Source: Bacillota bacterium (lineage in GTDB: Bacteria > Bacillota_I > Bacilli_A > RF39 > UBA660). Taken from it: a stretch of DNA of 64,000 bases. Under the pieces are notes generated by a model. It searched no databases and was not told where the DNA came from. It was given only the letters and a program-made list of their open reading frames with translations. Where the stretch lies: NCBI GenBank assembly GCA_015059365.1, contig SVAO01000003.1:3682-67681 (forward strand), read 5' to 3'. Made by a program: the position numbers and the translations under genes. Positions 9,398-19,021 of this stretch are shown in pieces. Position 1 is the first letter of the stretch, and every line of letters begins with the position of its first letter.

Positions 9398-9676
9398 TTA
9401 TTGTTTTATTTTTCTAACATATGCTTCCATCTCTTTTAAAGCATCTCCACGCAAAGGCTTACACTTCTTATAGTTTTGTATTTCTTCTAACATTGCTTTT
9501 GCCATTCCATCACAACTACCATATCCACATGCTCCACAATTATATCCTGGTAAAAGTTTACGAAATTCATCTTCTTTATTTTCCCTACGGTTTAATTTGT
9601 AATCTATAGTTACTAAAATAACACTTAATAGTAAAGCAAGTAAAGTAAGTATTAATATTCCAATCATTTTATACAC
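9398..9676 (-). CDS. rnfB: short RnfB (TM plus N-terminal Fe-S domain only)
   Basis: LPGYNCGACGYGSC..CKP motif; last gene of the rnf cluster; no ferredoxin repeats. Confidence 0.8.
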   Translation of the reverse strand: MYKMIGILILTLLALLLSVILVTIDYKLNRRENKEDEFRKLLPGYNCGACGYGSCDGMAKAMLEEIQNYKKCKPLRGDALKEMEAYVRKIKQ

Positions 9677-9769
9677 CTCTTACATTCACTACAATTTTTT
9701 GAACACTTATTCTTATTATATAAAACTATCGTTAATATAAATAATAAAATTAATATAATAAACCCCATC

Positions 9770-10339
9770 TTATCCTCCTATATATCTAGAAAAAATTAAA
9801 GCCATAATAGATGCAGTAATTAACGCAATGGGTGTTCCTTTAAATGGTTTAGGAACATTAGAAGTATCTAAACGTTCTCTAATAGTTGAAAAAATATATA
9901 TAACTAGTGTAAAGCCTATTCCACTACCAAAACTAAAAATAAGTGTTTCTAATAAAGTAAAACTATTATTTATATTTAATAAAACTGTTCCCAAAACCGC
10001 ACAATTAGTAGTTATAAGAGGTAAATAAATACCTAATGCATCATATAGTTTTTTTGATTTGCTGCGAATAATAATTTCAACAATTTGAACCATTGAAGCA
10101 ATTACTAAAATAAATACAATTGTTTTTAAATATGTAGTATCTGATGGAACCAATACATAATAATATAGTAAATAAGTTATTAAACTAGAAATAGTTACAA
10201 CCCCAGTTACAGCAATTCCCATCATTACCGCATTTTTACTATCCTTAGAATTACCAATAAAAGGACATATACCTAAAAATTTAGTTAAAACTACATTTTC
10301 AGTTAAAATACTTACTATAAATATACTAATTAGATTCAT
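9770..10339 (-). CDS. rnfA: Rnf complex subunit A
   Basis: ENVVLTKFLGICPFIG and LITTNCAVLG; start reassigned to MNLISI. Confidence 0.92.
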   Translation of the reverse strand: MNLISIFIVSILTENVVLTKFLGICPFIGNSKDSKNAVMMGIAVTGVVTISSLITYLLYYYVLVPSDTTYLKTIVFILVIASMVQIVEIIIRSKSKKLYDALGIYLPLITTNCAVLGTVLLNINNSFTLLETLIFSFGSGIGFTLVIYIFSTIRERLDTSNVPKPFKGTPIALITASIMALIFSRYIGG

Positions 10340-10958
10340 CTTTTTCACCTCTTATATAATTAATTATTCCCGCAAATATTCCTAAGGTAAAAAATGCACC
10401 AGGCGGACTAATTAAAAAATTCATTGGAAATAAATTAGATGTTGGTAATTTATAAATTGCTCGGTACCCAGTTAGTGAACTTAGTCCATCCATTAATGTT
10501 ATTGTATTTGAACCTAAAATTTCTCTAAATGAAGCAATTAAAATTAAAGCAATTGTATACCCTAATCCTATTCCTAACGCATCTAACAAGCTTTTTCCTA
10601 CTCTTTCTTTTGAAGCAACGGATAATGCTCGACCTAAGACAATACAATTTACTACTATTAATGGTAAATAAATTCCTAGTGCTTTATATAAAGCTGGAAC
10701 ATAGTTTTGTAATAATAGTTCAACAATAGTTACGAATGTACCTATTATTAAAATATAAACCGGGATTTTTACATTTTCAGGAACTATTTTTTTTATAAGA
10801 GAAACAACAAAATTACTAAATAATAGAATTATTAATACACAAAATCCCATCATATATGCATTTTCTATTTTTGTAGTAACTGCAAGGGCGGGACATAAAC
10901 CTAAAAATAAAACAAAAACCGGATTTTCATTCTTTATACCATTTATTATTGTTTTCAT
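10326..10958 (-). CDS. rnfE: Rnf complex subunit E
   Basis: ENPVFVLFLGLCPALAVT, LIVVNCIVLGRA and PPGAF motifs. Confidence 0.92.
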   Translation of the reverse strand: MKTIINGIKNENPVFVLFLGLCPALAVTTKIENAYMMGFCVLIILLFSNFVVSLIKKIVPENVKIPVYILIIGTFVTIVELLLQNYVPALYKALGIYLPLIVVNCIVLGRALSVASKERVGKSLLDALGIGLGYTIALILIASFREILGSNTITLMDGLSSLTGYRAIYKLPTSNLFPMNFLISPPGAFFTLGIFAGIINYIRGEKDESN

Positions 10959-10961
10959 ATT

Positions 10962-11057
10962 TCACCTCGTTAACATTACAACTAAATATAATAAACTTGA
11001 ACAAATTAAAGCAGTTATGGTTAAAACTAAAACACCTTGTAATTTTTTATTTTCCAT
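10962..11057 (-). CDS. 31-aa single-TM micro-protein resembling the RnfG N-terminal anchor
   Basis: MENKKLQGVLVLTITALICSSLLYLVVMLTR; overlaps the rnfD stop, ends 3 nt before the rnfE ATG; AAGGAG upstream (alternative in-frame ATG at 11069). Confidence 0.6.
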   Translation of the reverse strand: MENKKLQGVLVLTITALICSSLLYLVVMLTR

Positions 11058-12813
11058 ATGTTTTATCATACTCCTTTTTGGTATTAATAACTGCTTTTCT
11101 TAAACTATCAGATGAAATGGTTGCCCCACTTATACTATCAACATTATCCAATCTTTGCTGGTTTTCAATTAATTTCTGAATATAATTATTATCAATTATT
11201 AAATTAAAATATGAATCACTTTGTTCTATGACTGTAATTGATTCTATAATCGCATTTTCAAAAGTTATTTTTAAATCCAAATTACCACCAAAACTTTGTT
11301 GCCTAACTTCATAAATAATTTTGCCATTTTCTTCTTTACTACTCATAACTTGAAAATTAGAATTATTATCTTCTTTAAAATCAGTACCATTATAATCATT
11401 AAGTACATTTATAATCATTTGTTTTAAAGCTCTAGATGTTACAGTTGCACCACTTACAGTATCCAAATTATTAAGATTTTTTTGATAAGATACTAGTTTT
11501 TCTATATATTTCTCATCCACTATCTTTTGATAAAAAGATTCATTTTGTTCAATAATTTCTATACTAACTATTTTACCATTATCAATAATAATATTCCCTT
11601 TTAAAAGTCCTGAATAACCTTTTTGGGTAACAACATAATTAGTATTATTCTCAATAATTTCTTTAGAAATAATATTAAAGTTAGAATCTTTAACTGTAGA
11701 ATCAGCTTTAAAACTATTTCCTATAAAACCACTTACAACAATTATTAAAAACCAAGCTATCAAAAATGGAATTATAGCTTTCTTAAAACTAAATCTCGCC
11801 TTTGCACCTATTCTATCAATAATAAAAACCATCATATTCATAGTAAGAATACTTGTTAATACACCTTCTGGAAATGGAGTTAAATACCTAAAAACCACAG
11901 TTAATATACCCAAAAATAATCCATATAAAACTTGCCCTATTGGAGTTGTAGGACTAGTAACCGGATCAGTAGCCATAAAAACAGCACCAAACATTAATCC
12001 ACCACTAAATATTTGAAATAATGGATACCAAATACCTAAACCATTAATACTACCAATCATATATGTCATTAAAAAAACCGTTAAAATATACATTGTTGGA
12101 ATTTTCCATTTTATAACTTTAGTAATAGTTAAATAAATAAAACCAACAATACATAATAACGCACTAACTTCGCCTAACGAACCGGGAATCATTCCTATAA
12201 AAAAATTCCAAAGACTTCCATACGGTAAAACTAATGTCTCATAAGTTCCAATACCAGAAACTAAGGATGCATTAGATAATGGAGTCGCTAAAGACAATGT
12301 ATCTAACTCATATTGATTTAAATATCCACCATTCTTGCTAATAACTACAGCATACGATGAAATTATAAATAATCTTCCTATTAAGGCGGGATTAAAAATA
12401 TTATTACCAAATCCACCAAACAATAATTTCCCGACAAAAGTTGCCATAAATGCTCCAAAAATCACAATTGAAATTGGAGTATTAATAGGAAGAATAAGTC
12501 CTAAAAAAAGACCTGGAAATATACTAAAAGAGCTACTTAAATATTTCTTTAAACCATCCTTTTTTTTCTTTAAGAAAAATAAAGCATATAAAACCTCTAT
12601 TAAAAATGAAGTGATAGTAGGAATTAAAATAAATAATAACGGATTAAACATTTCCACAAAATTGATATAACCTTTATTATAAGGAATTATCCCATTTTTA
12701 TAAAAAGAAAATAAGATTATTGGTAATAATGCAATTAATAAATGAACCATATTTTTATTAGTTGAATTATTATGCTTTTTAAATGGTCCAATATTCAAAT
12801 GAAAATCTTTCAC
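11047..12813 (-). CDS. rnfD: RnfD fused to two C-terminal FMN-binding (RnfG-like) domains
   Basis: RnfD core (NIFNPAL, SLATPL, ATDPVTSP) then an extra TM and two SGAT flavinylation motifs (DTVSGATVTS, DSISGATISS). Confidence 0.9.
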   Translation of the reverse strand: MKDFHLNIGPFKKHNNSTNKNMVHLLIALLPIILFSFYKNGIIPYNKGYINFVEMFNPLLFILIPTITSFLIEVLYALFFLKKKKDGLKKYLSSSFSIFPGLFLGLILPINTPISIVIFGAFMATFVGKLLFGGFGNNIFNPALIGRLFIISSYAVVISKNGGYLNQYELDTLSLATPLSNASLVSGIGTYETLVLPYGSLWNFFIGMIPGSLGEVSALLCIVGFIYLTITKVIKWKIPTMYILTVFLMTYMIGSINGLGIWYPLFQIFSGGLMFGAVFMATDPVTSPTTPIGQVLYGLFLGILTVVFRYLTPFPEGVLTSILTMNMMVFIIDRIGAKARFSFKKAIIPFLIAWFLIIVVSGFIGNSFKADSTVKDSNFNIISKEIIENNTNYVVTQKGYSGLLKGNIIIDNGKIVSIEIIEQNESFYQKIVDEKYIEKLVSYQKNLNNLDTVSGATVTSRALKQMIINVLNDYNGTDFKEDNNSNFQVMSSKEENGKIIYEVRQQSFGGNLDLKITFENAIIESITVIEQSDSYFNLIIDNNYIQKLIENQQRLDNVDSISGATISSDSLRKAVINTKKEYDKTYGK

Positions 12814-14099
12814 TTCTTACCATTCCCTTCTTTTTTTATAAGTGTTTTAGCTTCTTTCACACATTCTCTAATGTTAATTTTTGAAGGACAAACATACGAG
12901 CACAAACCACACTCAATACATTTATCAGCGTTTAATCCTGTTAAAGATTCTACTTTAGATAGACTATCTTTTATTAAAACTGGTGATAATTTAGAAGGAC
13001 ATATAGAAACACATTTGCCACATCTAAAACACTCTAAAGATTTTTCTTTGTTAAGTTTCTTCATAACTAATACGCAATTTAAATTAGATGCGATAACAAA
13101 ATCATCATCAGCAATACTACTACCCATCATTGGTCCACCAGCACAAATTACAACATCTTTGTTACGTTTATATCCACCTATTGCTTCAATAACATCTTTA
13201 ACTGGCGTCCCTATTTTTACATAAACATTTTGAGGATTTTTTAACATATCGCCAGTAAATGTGACTATTCTTTCAATTAATGGCTTATTATACTTTAATG
13301 CTTCATAAATCGCATAAATTGTTGATATATTATTTACTACAATTCCTTTTTCTAAGGGAGTGGTCCTATAATTAATATTTTTTATATATTTAACTAAATT
13401 TTTTTCCCATCCTATCGGATAAATATTTGGTAAAGTAACAAGTTTTATTTTTGGGTAAGTACCCAGATAATTTTCAAATAGTTCATTTATTGTAGTATCT
13501 TTTTTTACTCCAATAAAACATTCTTTAATACCATTGATTTCCATGATAGCATCTATTGCTTCCAAAATTTCTTCACACTTTTCTTTTATTAAAACAAAGT
13601 CTGCCGTAATATAAGGTTCACATTCAACTGCATTTACAATCAATGTTTTCAACTTCTTATTAGTATTATATTTTACATAAGTAGGAAATCCAAATCCACC
13701 CATTCCAATAATTCCACATTCTTGTAAGCGACTAACAAACTCTTCATGTGAAAAATTATTAATTTTATTTCTAACAGCTTGCTTTTCCTCTATCTTTTCT
13801 TTAAAATCATTCTCTATTACAACACATTTTACTAAAGTTCCATCTATATATTTTTTCTCTACAAAATCTATTACTACTCCACTTACACTAGAATGGATTG
13901 GAAGCCTAAAATTTCCCTTTCTTTTGGCAACTATAGACCCTTTATATATATAATCACCTTTTTTTACAACAGTAGTAATATTCCTATCATCACCACTGAT
14001 TAAGGGGATATAAACATATTTAGGTCTAGTAAAAAAATTCAATTTTCTTTTTTTAGTTAATTCTTTTCCTGCATCTATCTTTGTTCCTACAATCATCAT
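12810..14099 (-). CDS. rnfC: Rnf complex subunit C
   Basis: IHSSVSG, GMGGFGFPT, NAVECEPYIT and two CxxCxxCxxxCP clusters. Confidence 0.93.
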   Translation of the reverse strand: MMIVGTKIDAGKELTKKRKLNFFTRPKYVYIPLISGDDRNITTVVKKGDYIYKGSIVAKRKGNFRLPIHSSVSGVVIDFVEKKYIDGTLVKCVVIENDFKEKIEEKQAVRNKINNFSHEEFVSRLQECGIIGMGGFGFPTYVKYNTNKKLKTLIVNAVECEPYITADFVLIKEKCEEILEAIDAIMEINGIKECFIGVKKDTTINELFENYLGTYPKIKLVTLPNIYPIGWEKNLVKYIKNINYRTTPLEKGIVVNNISTIYAIYEALKYNKPLIERIVTFTGDMLKNPQNVYVKIGTPVKDVIEAIGGYKRNKDVVICAGGPMMGSSIADDDFVIASNLNCVLVMKKLNKEKSLECFRCGKCVSICPSKLSPVLIKDSLSKVESLTGLNADKCIECGLCSYVCPSKINIRECVKEAKTLIKKEGNGKK

Positions 14100-14161
14100 A
14101 TACCTCCCTATTTTTATCTAATAATATAATTATATATTATTTTAATATAAAAAAAAAGGAG

Positions 14162-16369
14162 TTAATTCCTTATTTTAGACAAATACCAAGATAAATCTTG
14201 TTCATCAAAAATATTTATTCTAACTGAATTAATCCCCATTTCATAGTAATCATTAATATAATTATCTATTCTTGGCTGATAATTGTATATATACATTAAA
14301 CCATTTTTTTCTTTAACCGGATAATAATGATTAATTCGATCCACAAGATATAAAAAATTTCTTTGATATAGAGAATTTAGACTAAATTTACTAATCATCA
14401 TTTCTTCTCTACCATAAACAACAACTTCCAAATTAGGTTTTTTTAAATATCTATCTTTATATGATGTTATGATATCTTTTATCTCTGATTTTGTCAATTC
14501 ATAAGATAACGTTACCTTTTCTAAACCTACACTATGAAGGAATGCAACTGCATAAGAATTAAAAACATTTAAAGAAAAATCTCCTACCTTCTTATTTGTA
14601 TAACTTAAACTCCCTAATTCTCCTATCATTAATGGATAATTGAAATTATACATATCATAATTTACTCTTGGAACTTTAAATATTAAACGACTATCATTAT
14701 TCTTAAATAAAGCTACATCATCACTATAAATATAGTCAAAATTATGCTTTTTAATTTTATCATAAAACTTACTATCTTCTAATAAGACGTTTAACTCTCT
14801 ACTCTCTAAAAAATCAGGAACATCTATATTATAGCTATCTTTTAAATAATTTGTTTTATAAATTCTTAAATTTAATAATTGTTCAACTGCATTTCTTCTA
14901 ATTTCATTTAAATCTCTATTATTAACATATATATTTTCATCTTTAATAATCTCTAGTTTTTCTAAAGCAAAAGGTGTATCACCTAATTTATTTATTTGTT
15001 TTTCTATTTTATCATTATCAAGCGGAGCATTATTTGCTTCTTGCACAGAAATACCAGTAATAGAAATATTATTTTTACCATCGCTCAAATTTAAATATAA
15101 AGGTTTATTTGCTTGCAAAATTATTTTTCCTGTGATTGCAATTTTTTTAGAAATTTTATTTATTTTATCTTTTAATAATTTAATTTGTTTAATATCAGTA
15201 GTTTTTACTACTTTGCTATCACTCTTAATAGTTTTTATTTTTTCATTCAAGAAAATAGTAACTGTATCACCTCTTTTAGCACTATTAACTTTTTCTTTAT
15301 TGCGATAAATATTAGTAACTACACATCCTATATCATAATCAATAATTCTTATGCCATCACCAATATTCAATTCATCTAAAAGTTTAATTGTTAATTTATT
15401 TTTATTATATTCTATAACTTTAGCAATCTCTATCCCCATATGATTTGGTCTAAAACTATTAGTTATATTATTATTTAACTCATTAAATAAAAATCCACAA
15501 GTAAATTCTCTATTAAATATTTTCTTAAGTTCTGTTAAATAATGATCATCAATAAAAACTTTACCCGTCTCATAATATGAATCAATGGCTTTACGATACA
15601 AAGACACAACAAGATAAACATATTCTGGTCGCTTCATTCTTCCTTCTATTTTAAAACTATCTATTCCACTTTCAATCAAATCTTGAATATGTTCCAAAGT
15701 ACACAAATCTTTCATACTCAAAACATAATTTTCATGATTTAATTTTTTGTTATCACTTGATAACAATTGGTATGGTAAACGACATGTGCCTGCACATGCT
15801 CCCCTGTTTCCACTACGACCACCAATTAAACTACTCATCAAACATTGCCCAGAATAACTTACACATAAAGCCCCATGTACAAATAGTTCTAATTCAATAT
15901 TCGTATTCATTCTGATGTTTTTTACTAAACCAATATCTGTTTCTCGAGCCAAAACCACTCTTTTTAATCCCAATTTTTCACAAAACTTAACGCCTTCTAA
16001 ATTATGGATGTGCAATTGGGTGGATGCATGAATTTCTAATTTTGGATACAATTTACGGGCTAAATCAATCATTCCTAGATCCTGCATAATAACCGCATCA
16101 ACATTATTTCTATGTAAAAAATCTATAAATTCAATAAACGTAGGAACTTCATGTTCCTTAATTAATGTATTAACAGTAATATAAACTTTTACTCCATATA
16201 TATGGCAAGTTTTTATCAACTCTTTAATTTCATCATTTGAAAAATTTGGAGCAAATTGTCGTGCTCCAAACATATATCCACCTAAATAAACAGCATCACA
16301 CCCTGCATTAATTGCTGCATTTAGTGATTCAATCGAACCAACAGGTGCTAATAACTCTACTTTTTTCAT
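14162..16369 (-). CDS. U32 family protein, RlhA-like (23S rRNA hydroxylation) with C-terminal extension
   Basis: ELLAPVG, HASTQ, FVHGALCVSYSGQC, NRGACAGTCR and KIEGRMK; start reassigned to MKKVELL. Confidence 0.85.
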   Translation of the reverse strand: MKKVELLAPVGSIESLNAAINAGCDAVYLGGYMFGARQFAPNFSNDEIKELIKTCHIYGVKVYITVNTLIKEHEVPTFIEFIDFLHRNNVDAVIMQDLGMIDLARKLYPKLEIHASTQLHIHNLEGVKFCEKLGLKRVVLARETDIGLVKNIRMNTNIELELFVHGALCVSYSGQCLMSSLIGGRSGNRGACAGTCRLPYQLLSSDNKKLNHENYVLSMKDLCTLEHIQDLIESGIDSFKIEGRMKRPEYVYLVVSLYRKAIDSYYETGKVFIDDHYLTELKKIFNREFTCGFLFNELNNNITNSFRPNHMGIEIAKVIEYNKNKLTIKLLDELNIGDGIRIIDYDIGCVVTNIYRNKEKVNSAKRGDTVTIFLNEKIKTIKSDSKVVKTTDIKQIKLLKDKINKISKKIAITGKIILQANKPLYLNLSDGKNNISITGISVQEANNAPLDNDKIEKQINKLGDTPFALEKLEIIKDENIYVNNRDLNEIRRNAVEQLLNLRIYKTNYLKDSYNIDVPDFLESRELNVLLEDSKFYDKIKKHNFDYIYSDDVALFKNNDSRLIFKVPRVNYDMYNFNYPLMIGELGSLSYTNKKVGDFSLNVFNSYAVAFLHSVGLEKVTLSYELTKSEIKDIITSYKDRYLKKPNLEVVVYGREEMMISKFSLNSLYQRNFLYLVDRINHYYPVKEKNGLMYIYNYQPRIDNYINDYYEMGINSVRINIFDEQDLSWYLSKIRN

Positions 16370-16370
16370 A

Positions 16371-16742
16371 TTAACTACCCAAACAGTCACACAAATCAGC
16401 TTCTGTATAATTATAAGTATACTGATTTATACTCTCATCAAAATTAATTTTAATGCAACCGTTTAACTCCTTTTTAGTTTTTGGATTTACAATATCCTTA
16501 TTTTCTAACAATCCCGATTTTTTTAATTCTTCCAAAGTTAAAATATAACACTTATCTACCTTATTTATATTCGTAGTTCCCCATGAACGTGCAATATTCT
16601 CAATTGAATCTATTTGTTTATCTAATAAATTTTGTGACGATGCAGAAAAAGCACTCTTTAATACTGGAAAACAAATTAATGAAATTACCCCTAAAATAAT
16701 AACAATCGCTAATAATTCAACTAACGTAAACCCTCGTTTCAT
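16371..16742 (-). CDS. type IV (pre)pilin
   Basis: Class III signal MKRG/FTLVE followed by a hydrophobic helix. Confidence 0.88.
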   Translation of the reverse strand: MKRGFTLVELLAIVIILGVISLICFPVLKSAFSASSQNLLDKQIDSIENIARSWGTTNINKVDKCYILTLEELKKSGLLENKDIVNPKTKKELNGCIKINFDESINQYTYNYTEADLCDCLGS

Positions 16743-16850
16743 ATTACCACCACCATAATTATAATATATAACATTTTAAAAAACAAGAAAAGAAATGATT
16801 CATAAATATCATTTCTTTTATGAGTAAAGAATAAACATAATAAACGACAA

Positions 16851-17546
16851 TTAAAATTTATTGCCACATAAAAAGCAATTTGAGGCTGATGGTTCACACG
16901 GTGCTCCACACTGTGGGCAAACTTTTTTACCATTTTCATTTAATTTAATAATAGATTGATCTTCTTTTTTTACAGAGTCAAACTCAACATCTATTATTTC
17001 TATTTTTGGAACTTCAGGAGTTTCTTTTACTTCATAAACTCTAGCTTGTATAGGTTCATCATGTTTTCCAAATATCGATAACTTTTTATCAATATCCAAA
17101 TTTTGCTCAACAACTTCAGAAACTGTAACCTCTTTATTATCATCAAGTTCAATTACTTCAATTGGATCATTAGCATTTAATTTATTACTTAATGATTCAT
17201 CATATATAGAAGTATGTAGTTCTTTAGAATTATCATCAATTGGAGCATTATTAACAATTTCATTCAAATCTTCATATAAATCTGTCTTTTGTAAATTGAC
17301 GGTTGCTACTTCTGGTTTCAAATCTTGATAATTAATAGCTTCCTTATCGATAACAACATTAACCTTATTTTCATCGAAAGCTTTATATTTAGGAACTGGT
17401 GGATATTCTTTCTTTTTAAATGTATATTCATCATATGAATTATCTTCTACCTTTTTTTGTCCATCACCACTTGTTTCAAAAACCAACTTTTGATCGTCCA
17501 AATAAGTATTTTTTTGTTGTTTTTTATTATTAAAAAATAATCCCAT
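16851..17546 (-). CDS. acidic hypothetical protein with C-terminal zinc ribbon
   Basis: CPQCG..CFLCG at the C-terminus; start reassigned to MGLFF (RBS GAGGAG). Confidence 0.7.
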   Translation of the reverse strand: MGLFFNNKKQQKNTYLDDQKLVFETSGDGQKKVEDNSYDEYTFKKKEYPPVPKYKAFDENKVNVVIDKEAINYQDLKPEVATVNLQKTDLYEDLNEIVNNAPIDDNSKELHTSIYDESLSNKLNANDPIEVIELDDNKEVTVSEVVEQNLDIDKKLSIFGKHDEPIQARVYEVKETPEVPKIEIIDVEFDSVKKEDQSIIKLNENGKKVCPQCGAPCEPSASNCFLCGNKF

Positions 17547-17557
17547 TTTTACACTCC

Positions 17558-18076
17558 TCACTGAAAATAAATATTATTACTTTTTTCTTCTTTTAAAGTT
17601 GTTACTCTTCCATGCCCTGGGTATAAAGTAACATCATCATAGTGCTTCAAAATCGCTATACTACTTTTCATCTGTTCAAAATCCCCACCATTCAAATCTG
17701 TTCTTCCAACAGTGTGAAAAAACACAAAATCTCCAACAAACATTACTTTTTCTTGATTAAAATAAATGGTTATAGAGTCCTTAGTATGTCCTAAAGTATA
17801 TATTACATCAAAAGTAAAGGTTCCTATAGTATTTAAACCTTCTTTTAAATTATTATAATCATAAATTTTTACCTTATATTTATTAACAAAATAAAGTAAT
17901 CCGCCTGTATGATCTAAATGAGAATGAGTGATAATAATACCTACTAACTCCTTCTGCAACTCTTTTTCAATTTTTTCAGGTTCAGCACCCGGATCAATAA
18001 TAATACATTGTGTATCATTTTCTAGTATATAACAATTTGTTTGCAAATTACCAACAACAACTGTTTTTATATTCAT
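17558..18076 (-). CDS. MBL-fold metallo-hydrolase (glyoxalase II-like)
   Basis: THSHLDH, GHT, FVGD..GRTD and PGHG motifs. Confidence 0.9.
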   Translation of the reverse strand: MNIKTVVVGNLQTNCYILENDTQCIIIDPGAEPEKIEKELQKELVGIIITHSHLDHTGGLLYFVNKYKVKIYDYNNLKEGLNTIGTFTFDVIYTLGHTKDSITIYFNQEKVMFVGDFVFFHTVGRTDLNGGDFEQMKSSIAILKHYDDVTLYPGHGRVTTLKEEKSNNIYFQ

Positions 18077-18077
18077 A

Positions 18078-18338
18078 TTAACCTCTATTTATATTACGTA
18101 AATTATTAACCCTATTTTTAAAATCAGGAACCATTTTAGGTTGTTGTGTTTGAACAACTTCTGTTTTTCTTTCCATTTTATTTTTAAAATCATTGTATTT
18201 TACATCCATCATGCCTTGCTTTACTTCTTCTACTGTTTGTCTACCTAATTGAGCATAATTAGTAAATTTACCATTTGATAGCCCCGAAGTATTATTACTA
18301 TTAACAAATGGATTTTTTTGAAAACTATTTTGACTCAT
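18078..18338 (-). CDS. hypothetical protein
   Basis: Fills the gap between rnhB and the MBL gene and overlaps the rnhB stop. Confidence 0.6.
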   Translation of the reverse strand: MSQNSFQKNPFVNSNNTSGLSNGKFTNYAQLGRQTVEEVKQGMMDVKYNDFKNKMERKTEVVQTQQPKMVPDFKNRVNNLRNINRG

Positions 18339-18966
18339 ATTTATCACCCTTATTTAAAATTTCCTTAACTGGTCCATAGGACTTTCTATATCCTTCAATA
18401 ATACCATATTTATTTAATGCTTCTATGTGTTTTTTAGTAGGATATCCTTTATGACTAGCAAAGCCATAATCAGGATATTTTTGATCCAAATCATACATCA
18501 TTTTATCTCTAGTTACCTTCGCAATAACACTTGCTGCAGCAATGCTAATACTTTTAGCATCACCCTTAATAATCGAAGTTGTTGGAATATCCATTTCAAT
18601 TGGCATTGCATCTATTAATACGTGCTGTAAAGATATTTTTTCCCTTACTTTAGAAATCGCAATCTTCATAGCTTTTTTACTTGCTTCATAAATATTTATC
18701 TCATCAATTTCTGCTGGGGACACACTACCTATTTCACAGGCCAAAGCATTTTGTTTTATATATTCATAAAAAATATCTCTCTTTTTTTCAGTCAATTTCT
18801 TAGAATCATTTAAACCCTCTAATTTAAAATCTTTAGGTAACACAACACAAGCCGCAACTACAGGTCCGACTAACGGTCCTCTTCCAACTTCATCAACTCC
18901 ACCAATATATTCTATATTATTACTATATAATTCTTTTTCATATTTATACAAATCTACTGTTTCCAT
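18325..18966 (-). CDS. rnhB: ribonuclease HII
   Basis: GVDEVGRGPLVGP, LNDSKKL and KGDAKSISIAAASVIAKVTRD. Confidence 0.96.
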   Translation of the reverse strand: METVDLYKYEKELYSNNIEYIGGVDEVGRGPLVGPVVAACVVLPKDFKLEGLNDSKKLTEKKRDIFYEYIKQNALACEIGSVSPAEIDEINIYEASKKAMKIAISKVREKISLQHVLIDAMPIEMDIPTTSIIKGDAKSISIAAASVIAKVTRDKMMYDLDQKYPDYGFASHKGYPTKKHIEALNKYGIIEGYRKSYGPVKEILNKGDKYESK

Positions 18967-18990
18967 ATATTACCTCTCTACAATTATATC

Positions 18991-19019
18991 AAAAAAGAAT
19001 GGACATTTCCATTCTTTTT
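18991..19019. terminator. bidirectional terminator-like hairpin after galE
   Basis: AAAAAAGAATGGA..TCCATTCTTTTT. Confidence 0.6.
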
Positions 19020-19021
19020 AT

